The translations under genes and the position numbers were made by a program. 64,000 nt of DNA from Laetmonice hystrix (taxonomy: Eukaryota): contig OZ249436.1 in the NCBI GenBank assembly GCA_965235115.1, forward strand, positions 42,224,001 through 42,288,000. Reading direction: 5' to 3'. The notes under the pieces were generated by a model. The model made no database searches and was not told the origin of the DNA. It was given only the letters and a program-made list of their open reading frames with translations. Positions 53,964-64,000 of this stretch are shown one piece after another (position 1 is the stretch's first letter; every line of letters starts with the position of its first letter).

Positions 53964-55001
53964 CCTATAGGCTAAAAGCCCTAGCTATATATTATTAGGC
54001 CTATAGATGACCTATATAGTACAGGTTACTCTCCCAAAAAGTTTTCCCCCACCCTTTTTTGAACTTGTCTGCGACACCCATTTAATGTTCTTAAATATAA
54101 AAAATAAATAAAATGTTCTTATTTAAAATAAAAACAACGTGCTGTTCTGATAGTACAATACTCGTCAAAAAACTGTATAGTGTTGTAGAATGTGTAGCCC
54201 TCCATGCCCTGCAGGCCGTGACCCGCCCTCTCCACCCCAGTCAGGCTAATCCATGACAGAAGTCTACATCGAGCCGTCGCACACGTTTCGGCCTGCAGGG
54301 CAAAAGGCCGACTGACTACACGGTCAGTTACCAGGTTTCATTGACGTGTACTTTAGTTTATGTTTCACGTGGGTGTATACACCCAATGGTTGTGCCAGTT
54401 GGTGTCCACAGATCTATAGTTAGACACCAACGCACAGGTCTTATCCTCAAGTGTTGTGTCTTGCAACAGCCCGCCGCTACGCTAGGCCTTACACCTGGCA
54501 ACTGGTAGCGCTTTACAAGCATGCCGGTACACAAAACTGGATCGTACAACCACAATAGATGGGCGTGGACTTACCTGAAAATCCCAGTTGACTAATTTAC
54601 CATTTCCATGCCGTCCGCTGCTCTCACAAACAACCACACTATATCTGCCCTCACCATAAACGAGACATTGCTAGCTTTATGTTAGCCTTGAACGTGTCGA
54701 GTTATAACCATGCATCCACTACGGTCTTTGCATGCCCCTGCGGCGCGAGGGCTAACACAGCCGGTAACTACAAGGGAGCCGCGCACGTACAGTGGTCCAT
54801 ACACCAGAGCGTGCATAGCGCCCGCTGGGGAGGAAACTTAGCAGGGCGCACGATGAACGATATCATTATCAGTCAATTTCATCCGGACTCGACCTGGAAG
54901 AAAGAATAACAGATAGCTTGTGCTTTTTGTAGGTAGGCCTATAATGATTAGGCCTATAGGCCTAATTCAGTAATTGATATACTGTGTCTATAGCCTAGTC
55001 A

Positions 55002-56162
55002 CAGGCCCGTAGGCTGGTCTGAAAATGGGTGGGTTACTTATCAGGGGCGGACCCAGGATTTTCAAAGGGGGGGGGGGGGGGGGTGCTATGGATAAAGGGC
55101 ACTTTCTCACCCTCCCCCCAGTGAGTATAGCCTAAACAGTCAAATAAAAGTGGCATAGGCCTATAGACCTATGCACATATCAACAGGGCCGTAGTTAGTA
55201 ATGTCTGAGTGTGGGGGCAGTCAGGGGCGAATCCAGGAAATTGGTAAAGGGGATGTCCCCCATGGGTGCGAGCGCCGAAGGCGCGAAGCCATGAAGGCAG
55301 GGGGTCTGGGGGTCCTCCCCCAGAAAAAAAATTAAATTACAGTGCCAAATACGCGATATAGACCAGCCTTTAGGGCTATAATAGGCCTAGACAATTGGAC
55401 ATTAAATATCTTTCGTAAAATAAAAAAGGGCACTTGAGGGGGAGAGAAAAGGGCACATGGGGTGAGAGGGGGGTGCACTGCTTAGGCCTATAGTGAAATG
55501 AGTTCCATAAATTTGCATGGGGTGGATCCAGAGCTATTTCTTGACCATGCACTGATATTGAAACTTGTTTCCAATAGGCCTACCAGTGGTTCCAACGTTT
55601 AAGAATGTGAAATGCACCAGCAAAGCCACGAACTGTAGGGAGCACCATAGGCACGAAGCGTTTGTACTAGGTAGTACGGGGGCATGCTCCCCCGGCAGGA
55701 ATTTTTTTAAAACTAGGAGTGAAATGATGCATTCTGGGGGCATTTTGGCCATGTTTCAAAAATCTGAGAGCAAAATTTTACTGAGGCACAGTATACAAGG
55801 AATCTCTTTAGATTTTTAGATTGGGAAGTAACCCCCCCCACCCCCCGGGTGGTTCTCGCCTCTTCTGAGATACCAGTGCCAGTGGCAGTGCAGTTCTGCC
55901 CCTGGTCAGGTCATATTGAATATGGGCGTGCTAGGGGGGGGGGGGGGGGGGTCCGGGACATGTTCCCCCAGAAAAAAATGAAAAATTGGAGGCCTAACAA
56001 CCATACATCTGTGGTTTTTTCAATTGGTGGGGCATATTTGTGCCCCCTCCTCCATCTGCATGGGCAGACCTTTTTACCTTGACTATAGGGCCAGGCGGAC
56101 CTGGGCTGCCTCTGCGGGTAGGTTACGAGTAACCCAAGTAACCCCCCCAGCCTACGGGCCTG
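55002..56162. mobile_element. TIR element with 5-bp TSD, containing nested MITE fragments
   Basis: Perfect 16-bp TIRs CAGGCCCGTAGGCTGG / CCAGCCTACGGGCCTG, with AGTCA on both sides (54997-55001 and 56163-67). The interior holds several CAGGGGCG(G/A)A- and CAGGGCCGTA-type ends. Confidence 0.8.
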
Positions 56163-56274
56163 AGTCATAGCCAACGAGTCTTAGCCTATAGGCCTAATTC
56201 AGGCCCATAGCCAGGATTTCAAAAGAGGTAGGCCTATAGGTCGTTTTAGGGTAGGCCTTATTATAATAGCCTAA

Positions 56275-56680
56275 AGCTGCTTTTCCATGAGGCGGAGGCG
56301 GGCGCGGAGGCGGAGGCGGGCGCGGGCGGAAAAAATCGATCTAACGTAGGCTATATCTCTGAAGCTGTTTCCATGACGCGGGCGCGGGCGCGGGGCGGAT
56401 GGACGGGCGCGGACGGGCGCGGACGCGTTTTTTCGAATCGGTCATGTAGCGATTTTTCCCGCGCCCGCTTGCTGCCCGCGCGGTATTGCGTCATCATTTT
56501 CTGGGAATTCCCCTGGTAACAATGAAATGATGGAGGTTGCAACGGCCTCCACGGACTGAAGACCCAAACCCGCGCGAAAACTCCCGCGTCTGTGCCCGTT
56601 TCGTGGAAACACAACGCCCGCACCCGTACCCGCGCCCGCCGCCGCCTCCGCGTCCGCATCCGCCTCATGGAAAAGCAGCT
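56275..56680. mobile_element. GC-rich PIF/Harbinger-like MITE (406 bp)
   Basis: TIRs AGCTGCTTTTCCATGAGGCGGA / TCCGCCTCATGGAAAAGCAGCT with TSD TAA on both sides and subterminal GCGG(A/G)(G/C) repeats. Confidence 0.88.
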
Positions 56681-57837
56681 TAACACTTTGTAGTGGCGGG
56701 ATTTAATCTACCCCCCCCCCCCCTTGGCATCTGATTTTTCTTTTTAAGCATATATATGAGTTTCTGAATTGACCATGCTGACCCCCCCCCCAAGCAAATT
56801 CTTCCCCTACCCCCCCCCCCCCCCAAGCAAATTCTTCCCTAGGCCTAACCCCCCCCCCCCCCCGCCCTTTACCAAAATCCTGGATCGCTCTTGGCTAAAA
56901 TAAACATGTAGGCCGCAAGGAGGGAGAGCGGGGGGGGGGAGGTCTGGCCTCTGCATGGGTCATTCTGTGGCACATGCATGCTGTCAAGCCGGGTATAGGC
57001 CTATGACTTTGAGGCTCAATAAAAACGGACAGAGTAAGGAACTCTAACGTTTAGGAAAAGGAAATTCTGGTTATTTTTAGAATCTATTTAGTTTAACCTA
57101 GGCCTACCTATAACCGCCATCTCCTCTTAGGCCTATTTTTAGGCATAATATGTCTGGGGAAAATGTGTAGGCACGTGCCCACAGTATACCTAATGGAATC
57201 TATAGGATAAGCGCCTGACCTAGGCCTATATACAGCCTATAGGCCTACAGCCAGAGCTTCTATTTAAGTTTTTTTTTGGTCTTTCATGCATCACTGAAAA
57301 TGGTGCAATAACCGGCCCGTAGGCTGGTGGGGGGTGGGTTACATAGGTTAAAAAAATAGCATCATGAAGGAAAAGTAACAAGCTAGTTTAAAAAATAAGT
57401 AGGCCTAAATGTAGATGTTCAAATGTCTTGGTTGATTGTTCATAATTAACCCCTATAGTTTCTCCTTGAACTTACCCCCCCCCCCCTTCATTTTCAGATC
57501 AGCCTATATGGGCATAGGTAAATAAAGTATATTATAACGGGTCTATAGTCTATAGCTCTATATGCAGTGATCCTTAGCATTAATAGACTATTATTAAAAG
57601 TAGGCTACAGAATAAACGTGTAGGCCTACAACTCTTTGGACCGAAATAACGTATACAGGCCGATGTCACTCCTGACAGCTTGACCACCAACCCTCGGCTA
57701 CGGGCCTGTATATATCCTAGGCCTATGTCCTTTTCTCATTGTGTAGGGGCTTAGGCCTAGACTCAGAGTTCTGTTTTTTCTTTCTTTTATTTTACAAAAT
57801 GTGTGTTTGTGTATAGAGGGATCACATTTGAAACACC

Positions 57838-58026
57838 TGTTACAACCGATAATGTAACAACTGGGAATAATGTAACAATTGTCACATTATCGACCCGCTA
57901 CAGAACTGATAATGTTACAATTTGGCAATAATGTTACAACTTTTTCTACCAGTTAACGGGGCATTTTTACCGATAACGTTATGACATTTCCTTACGGTGA
58001 CAACCATTTTACCGATAATGTTACAA
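57838..58026 (+). mobile_element. Single end of a TGTTACAACCG-family DNA element
   Basis: Begins TGTTACAACCGATAATGTAA, compared with TGTTACAACCGCTAATGTAA at 62344. Contains repeated ATAATGT(A/T)ACA motifs. No second end found. Confidence 0.6.
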
Positions 58027-58310
58027 GTACTGCAGTACCCAGACTGGTCCCAGCCGGGGTTGTACAGGGGGGGGGGCGGGCTCCTTGCCCCCCCCCCCTG
58101 CCCAAAAATTGTTACTTAGGCTACATGATGTTATTATCTGGACCTGAAAGTGGAGGGGGGGGGGGCAAAAACATAATCTTTCCTTCTAAACGTTTTTTTT
58201 TTTTTTGGGGGGGGGGGGGGTATGCCTCCTTCATTACTGTAATGAAACGATCCGCGCATGCACTATTAGCAATTAGGCCTATAATGGACCTATAAATTAT
58301 ATGCCCTCCG

Positions 58311-58452
58311 GGGCCCGGTTCACAAACAAAGTCAAGTCCATTTTAATTAACTTGAAATCCATTTTAAAATATGTAGGCTAACCAATCACATTCAAGTAAA
58401 ATTGACTTCAAGTCAATTAAAATTGACTTGACTTTGTTTGTGAACCGGGCCC
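58311..58452. mobile_element. Palindromic MITE (GGGCCCGGTT family)
   Basis: 28-bp perfect TIRs GGGCCCGGTTCACAAACAAAGTCAAGTC / GACTTGACTTTGTTTGTGAACCGGGCCC. Confidence 0.8.
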
Positions 58453-58548
58453 AGATCTCGGAGCGCGGAGGGCACAAGGTGCCCCCCCCCCCCCTTGTAA
58501 GCAGAACTTGAGATCGGGGGGATTTCCAACTGAGCTGGGGGGGGGGGG

Positions 58549-59034
58549 CAGACCTGCCAAGTCCCCCGGTTTCACCGGGGAGACTTAACCTGATCCCCCG
58601 TCCCCACGGTATGTCACAATTTTCTCAGTCACGGTAAATTGAAAACTCATATATATATGCACACAAATGTACACAAAACACAAGAAAAAAGATAGATAAA
58701 TATGTTTGGACAATTTTAAGTTTAAAATATAATGAAAAAATATGTTTGAGTAGGGCCTATGTTTTTAAGTAGGCCTACATGTAGCAACTAGGCCTATATG
58801 CAACGCAGAACACTAAAAAAGGATACTTCACGTGTAGAATGTAGTGGCTCCATACTAACGTTTCTCCCCCACTCATAGCTCTATATCAGCTTCATAATGT
58901 AGTCTCCAGGTTTTTCCCCAAAATCTCCAGGTTTTCCCCCCAAAAATCCCCCGGTTTTCCTCCCAATTTCCAGGTTTTTGGACTCCAACTTTTTAAAAGC
59001 TCCGGGTTTCTTCTCCCTGTAGGTGGCAGGTCTG
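58549..59034. mobile_element. hAT-like MITE inserted into a poly-G tract
   Basis: TIRs CAGACCTGCCA / TGGCAGGTCTG with subterminal (CT)CC(A/C)GGTTT repeats. G-runs on both sides are compatible with a TSD. Confidence 0.7.
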
Positions 59035-59699
59035 GGGGGGGGGGGGGAGTTCCAACCAAGAAACCCCTGGCTACACCCTTGCCCCCCCCCCATCTACACG
59101 CACACACCGTACCCGGCACACACACACACACACACACACACACCCATACATGTATCTTGTGTCAAGTGGGGACGCCCACTACGGACCTGTTATCTGGGGA
59201 CTTCGTAAATCATAGGTTTATTGAAACACGATTTCACATGTGGTATCATTTATCATCCCCAAACGTGGCAGCCTGCTTTGAGTTGCTCTATCGCAAATTT
59301 GAGCAAATCCGTTCTATACTGACTAACTGGTGACACACACGCACACAATCTGTAATATCATGACTGATTGTGGACAACGTGTAAAATACACATTCTCAAT
59401 GTTCATTGTACACCTAATATGAAAAACATTATTGGAAACCCCTCCACCAAGAAAGAAGAAAGAATGTCTGGCGTTATATATCGGGTGGGCATAAAAAATA
59501 CTATGAAAAACATTATTAGGGACCCCCTGCCCCAAGAAGAAAGAAAAAATCAAGCCTATTTTTGATGAGATCAAATTACACTAGGCCTACCCTACATAGG
59601 CCCTATCCCGAAATCAATCAAAACAGCAAAAGGTGTACTAAAATACGCTTTATTAAAGATTGATTTTACGGCCTTTCTTCAGAAAGGTGGTTAGGCCCT

Positions 59700-61020
59700 A
59701 CCCTATAGGCGTACCTTTTGGATTTTACCAAGCAAAATAAAAAATAATAAACCGATAGTCCTTGATAAACGACGCTTTCTTCGACATTAAAACTTGGCGC
59801 CTCACAAAGTCTTCGATATTTCTCCATTCCTTATTTTTCAGACAGGGTTTCTTCAATTTACCCAACCCCTAGTTCTACCTTTTTCAACAGAGTCTTAGAG
59901 AGATAAAATTACACCATAGACTGTCAGTCTTTGACAGTCCAATATCTAGAATTAAAAACTAGACAGGCTTCCTTCAGTTTTCCACCCGCTATATCTTTTT
60001 TACCAGGGACTTACTAAGCTATATATATGAAGCAAATCATAAACGGGCCTGTAGGCGTACCTTTGGATTTTACCAAGTGAAATAACAAATAATAAACTGA
60101 CAGACCTTGATAACAACGTTTTCTTCGACATTAAAACATGGCGCCTCACAAAGACTTCGATATTTCTCCATTCCTTATTCTTCAGACAGGGTTTCTTCAA
60201 TTTACCCAACCCCTAGTCCTAAATTTTCACCAGAGACTTAGAAACTAAAAATCGAACCATAGACTGTCAGTCTTTGACAATCCAATATCTAGTATTAAAA
60301 ACTAGACAGGCTTCCTTCAGTTTTCCACCCGCTATATCTTTTTTACCAGGGACTTACTAAGCTATATATATAAAACAAATTGATCATAAACGGGCCCATT
60401 GGCCTACCTTTTGGACCAGGTGAAATATCAAATAATAAACCGACAGTCCTTGATAAACGACGCTTTCTTCGACTTTAAAACATGGCACCTAACAAAGCAT
60501 TTGATAGGGCTTCTTCAATTTGCCCACCCGCTAGTGGTACAGAGCTTAAAACAGTATTGAAAACTAGACAGGCTTCCTTCAATTTTCCACCCGCTATATC
60601 TTTTTTACCAGGGACTTACTAAGTTATATACATATCAAACAAATCATAAACTGTCAGTCTATGACAGTTCAATACCCTTAACATTGAAAAAATATCTTAG
60701 TACTGCTAAACAAAGTTTCTCAATTTTTCTGCCTTTAAAATGCGGTAAAAAAATCTTTGGCATTTCTTATCCTTCACACACGTTTCCTTCAATTTTTAAT
60801 CTGCTATACCCTTTCTGTTAAAACCACCCTAGGCTAAATAACAATCATAAAACGTGAGTCCTTGACAGTTCAATAACCTTCATTAAATTATTTTCATGCC
60901 ATGCATTAGGGCCTGCTGCTTAAAAACATTTTGCTTTGACCTTTGCAATGTGTTGGCTAACTTCTTTTTTTTTGGCCAGGGATCTTACCGAGCACAAATC
61001 ATATATTGTCAAACAGTTGA
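59700..61020 (-). repeat. Tandem ladder of decayed copies of the adjacent terminal exon (three ~346-bp units plus older copies)
   Basis: Units start at about 59708, 60054 and 60401. Minus-strand translations PGKKDIAGGKLKEACL, GKLKKPCLKNKEWRNIEDFVRRQ and LGKIPGQKKEV mirror LGKIPGKKEIEDGKVKEPCLKDKEWKKVKDFVRHH. Confidence 0.85.
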
Positions 61021-61057
61021 ACACCGTTTATTGAAGACTTATTATTTAGCACATACT

Positions 61058-61263
61058 TCAAAACAACTTCTTTTTTCCAGCTTTTTGAATGTGGTGGCGA
61101 ACGAAGTCTTTGACTTTTTTCCATTCCTTATCCTTTAGACAGGGTTCCTTCACTTTTCCATCTTCTATCTCTTTTTTGCCAGGGATTTTTCCGAGCTTGA
61201 TATTTCTATCAAAATACCTTAGGACCGCCTCTCTCTGCTCATCTGTCCACGGTTTTCTTGAAA
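61058..61263 (-). CDS. Terminal exon of a putative SET/tyrosine-recombinase-family (PTHR33480-like) protein
   Basis: Acceptor TTTCACTTGTAG, phase 1. Encodes SRKPWTDEQREAVLRYFDRNIKLGKIPGKKEIEDGKVKEPCLKDKEWKKVKDFVRHHIQKAGKKKLF*. This matches the recalled C-terminal signature (K/R)PWS.EE..AV..HF...I...K.PGK.E......EP.L..R.W..VKDFV of that family. AATAAA lies ~25 nt after the stop (61027-32). Confidence 0.7.
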
Positions 61264-61972
61264 CTACAAGTGAAATACACAGAATATTCACAAAATGTAT
61301 GTCGTAAATGCTGAAAATTTGTGTACCTTTTATTTCGGCATTAAGCATTAGAGTAAACCTAGCATTAAAAGAAGAGTTTGTAACAACAAGACTACCGCAT
61401 GTACATTTTGGATTATATTGAGTTAGCCTGAAAAAAAAAACTGAGCACTTCCATTATCGTTATAAAAATTGTGGAAGGTACAATCAAGGAGAGTATTCTA
61501 GCGAATGGACTTGTGCAAAGACTGACTGCCGGGACGGTGACTAGCTATTTAAAAATTAAACGAATATATATGGAGTTTAATGGGACATATGGGCGGTTGG
61601 GACGGCGGGTGAGGGAGGTTGGGACGGCCAGGACTGCGACTAGGGGAGGGGGGATGTGGGTCGGACGGCAGCTGGGGGGGGGGGGGGGGGGCTGGTCGGC
61701 AGTCTCGGTCACGCCCGACTCTCTTGCTGTCCCACGGGCCGCCCAGGGTCTGGATGATCGAGACTGGCTGGATGGCGGTTGGGGAGGTGGAGACTGCTGG
61801 GCAGCGGCGCGGCCAGGTGGCGACGGCAAGTTATTACGGAGGTGGAGACGGCCAGGCGGGCGTGTAGAGTTGAGGTACTGCAGGCGGGGGACGACGGGGG
61901 GGGGGGGGGGGGGGAGGTGGTGACCGCCACTGCCCTAATAGCGAACTCGTTTCATTGACATCTTTTCTTTAC

Positions 61973-62080
61973 CTGCTTTGTCACAGACATTTGTTGCCTT
62001 TGGCTTGGCACTGACGACATCTTCACATTCCGACTCCTCACTTTCTTCCTCATCACTACTTTTGTCCTCAATGGATATTT
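61973..62080 (-). CDS. Penultimate exon (108 nt, acidic linker) of the same gene
   Basis: Acceptor TTTCCTTCCAG and donor CAG|GTAAAG, phase 1/1. Joins in frame to 61263 as ...ISIEDKSSDEEESEESECEDVVSAKPKATNVCDKA-V-SRKPW. Confidence 0.65.
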
Positions 62081-62098
62081 CTGGAAGGAAATGGTATA

Positions 62099-63900
62099 CA
62101 GTAAAACCTCCGATAGGGAACACCTCTACTTAAGGAACACCTCTGGATAGGGAACACTTTTCACAGTCCCAGATTTTCCCCTATCTTTTAGCACTGGAAC
62201 AAAATAGCCATCCCCTACTTACACCTCTATATAGGGAACAGGGATCACCTGGGCAAGTCCCAACCTGTATCTCTCCCATTGCATTGGACCTCTGTTTAGG
62301 GAACACTTGAGGCCAGTGGCGCACAATGTTATTGGAGGCGCGTTGTTACAACCGCTAATGTAATAACGCCCACTATTGTAATAACTGGGGTGCTAGGGGG
62401 GTACCAGGGAAGTACCACCAGAGTACCGGACAGGACCAGGGGAGCATTTTTGGGGTACCCTCTGAATACCCTCTGGGTACCCCCTGGGTACCCAGAGGGT
62501 ACCAACCGGGGGGTACCAGGGAAATACTACTGGAGTACCGGACAGGACCAGGTGAGCATTTTGGGGGTACCCCCTGAGTACCATCTGGGTACCCCCTGGG
62601 TACCCTCAGGTACCGATCTGGTCGGTAGCCCTTGAACAAAGTTTTATTACAATAGCGGTTGCGAATTCTGGCGAACGCAACCGCTATTGTAATAACTGGG
62701 GTGCTAGGGGGTACCAGGGAAGTACCACCAGAGTACCGGACAGGACCAGGTGAGCATTTTGGGGGTACCCCCTGAGTAACATCAAAAACTGGGTACCCCC
62801 TGGGTACCCTCAGGTACCGATCTGGTCGGTAGCCCTTGAACAAAGTTTTATTACAATAGCGGTTGCGAATTCTGGCGAACGCAACCGCTATTGTAATAAC
62901 TGGGGTGCTAGGGGGGTACCAGGGAAGTACCACCAGAGTACCGGACAGGACCAGGGGAGCATTTTGGGGGTACCCCTGAGTACCATCTGGGTACCCCCTA
63001 GGTACCCTCAGGTACCGATCTGGTCGGTAGCCCTTGAACAAAGTTTTATTACAATAGCGGTTGCGAATTCTGGCGAACGCAACCGCTATTGTAATAACTG
63101 GGGTGCTAGGGGGTACCAGGGAAGTACCACCAGAGAACCGGACAGGACCAGGGGAGCATTTTGGGGGTACCCCTGAGTACCATCTGGGTACCCCCTAGGT
63201 ACCCTCAGGTACCGATCTGGTCGGTAGCCCTTGAACAAAGTTTTATTACAATAGCGGTTGCGAATTCTGGCGAACGCAACCGCTATTGTAATAACTGGGG
63301 TGCTAGGGGGGTACCAGGGAAGTACCACATGGTACTCAGGGGGTACCCCCAAAATGCTCACCTGGTCCTGTCCGGTACTCCAGTAGTATTTCCCTGGTAC
63401 CCCCCGGTTGGTACCCTCTGCGTACCCAGGGGGTACCCATAGGGTATTCAGAGGGTACCCCAAAAATGCTCCCCTGGTCCTGTCCGGTACTCTGGTGGTA
63501 CTTCCCTGGTACCCCCCTAGCACCCCAGTTATTACAATAGTGGGCGTTATTACATTAGCGGTTGTAACAGCGCGTATACGAGCAGTGAGGAGCCGGCTGC
63601 AGGGAGCCGGCTCCATGCTTGAATGAACACTGTAGGTACTTAGACTGTTTATATACTACACAGGGCAAGGTAAGAATGGAGTGATTAATCAAGTTAAACT
63701 CAGTCATCAGTTGAGCAGGAGTGTCCACCAGTGGTTACTAGGGGACTGTGTTAGTTCTGCCTATCTCTACATCAAACCTATGTCTTATATTTTATCATTT
63801 CGCTTTCCCGTGTATACATAAGTCGAACTCTAGTTAGGGAACACCTCCAGTCAAGGAACACTTCGTCAAAGTCCCCCAAGTGTATATGGAGGTTTTACTA
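62099..63900. mobile_element. pogo/Tigger-like (Tc1/mariner superfamily) MITE, interrupted by a nested element
   Basis: TA-CAGTAAAACCTCC ... GGAGGTTTTACTA-TA (TA TSD, one terminal mismatch), with repeated AG(G)GAACAC(C/T)T motifs near both ends. Confidence 0.8.
62344..63569. mobile_element. Unclassified non-autonomous DNA element: TGT..ACA termini, 241-bp TIRs, 6-bp TSD, internal tandem array
   Basis: TIRs 62344-62584 and 63329-63569 differ at 2 positions by eye. GCGCGT lies at 62338-43 and 63570-75. Four ~200-bp internal units are marked at 62611, 62815, 63013 and 63210. Very rich in GGTACC. Confidence 0.9.
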
Positions 63901-64000
63901 TATACTTCTGTGCAATGTTTGTAAAACTCTTAACTTTAATACATTATTTGGTTCTTAAACTCTTTTAGATTTGTCAAAAGAAGCCTGGGTTTTTGCTTAA

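Noticed and set aside
54280..54320. GGCC..GGCCGAAAC on the minus strand resembling hammerhead stem II
   Set aside because: No CTGANGA core precedes it. No complete hammerhead was found by eye anywhere in the window, including the LTRs, so the LTR element is not called a retrozyme.
62373..63626. Several 60-220-aa Gly/Pro/Tyr-rich ORFs
   Set aside because: They are translations of the GGTACC-rich TIR/tandem element on both strands, with no domain signature.

Overview
Eukaryotic (metazoan-like, probably invertebrate) intronic/intergenic DNA dominated by transposon debris and minisatellites. There are no rRNA, tRNA or CRISPR loci, and almost all ORFs in the track are spurious. The best-supported features are: (1) a complete 2.65-kb non-autonomous LTR retroelement (26321-28970, minus strand). 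It has apparently identical 359-bp LTRs, a 4-bp TSD, a tRNA-Ala-like PBS and a PPT, and one intact ORF encoding a zinc-knuckle + basic + coiled-coil protein with no capsid or pol. (2) The last two spliced exons (61058-62080, minus strand) of a gene whose C-terminus resembles the animal SET/tyrosine-recombinase family (PANTHER PTHR33480-like, recognised from memory). It is followed by a tandem ladder of decayed copies of its own last exon. (3) A nested insertion upstream of those exons: a pogo/Tigger-like MITE holds a TGT..ACA element with 241-bp TIRs, a 6-bp TSD and an internal ~200-bp tandem array. (4) Two decayed LINE fragments, two tRNA-derived SINEs, many PIF/Harbinger-, Kolobok- and hAT-like MITEs, several minisatellites (one is a CRE-site array), and strong clustering of the palindrome TAGGCCTA. 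Host-gene exons elsewhere are only weakly supported by splice signals.
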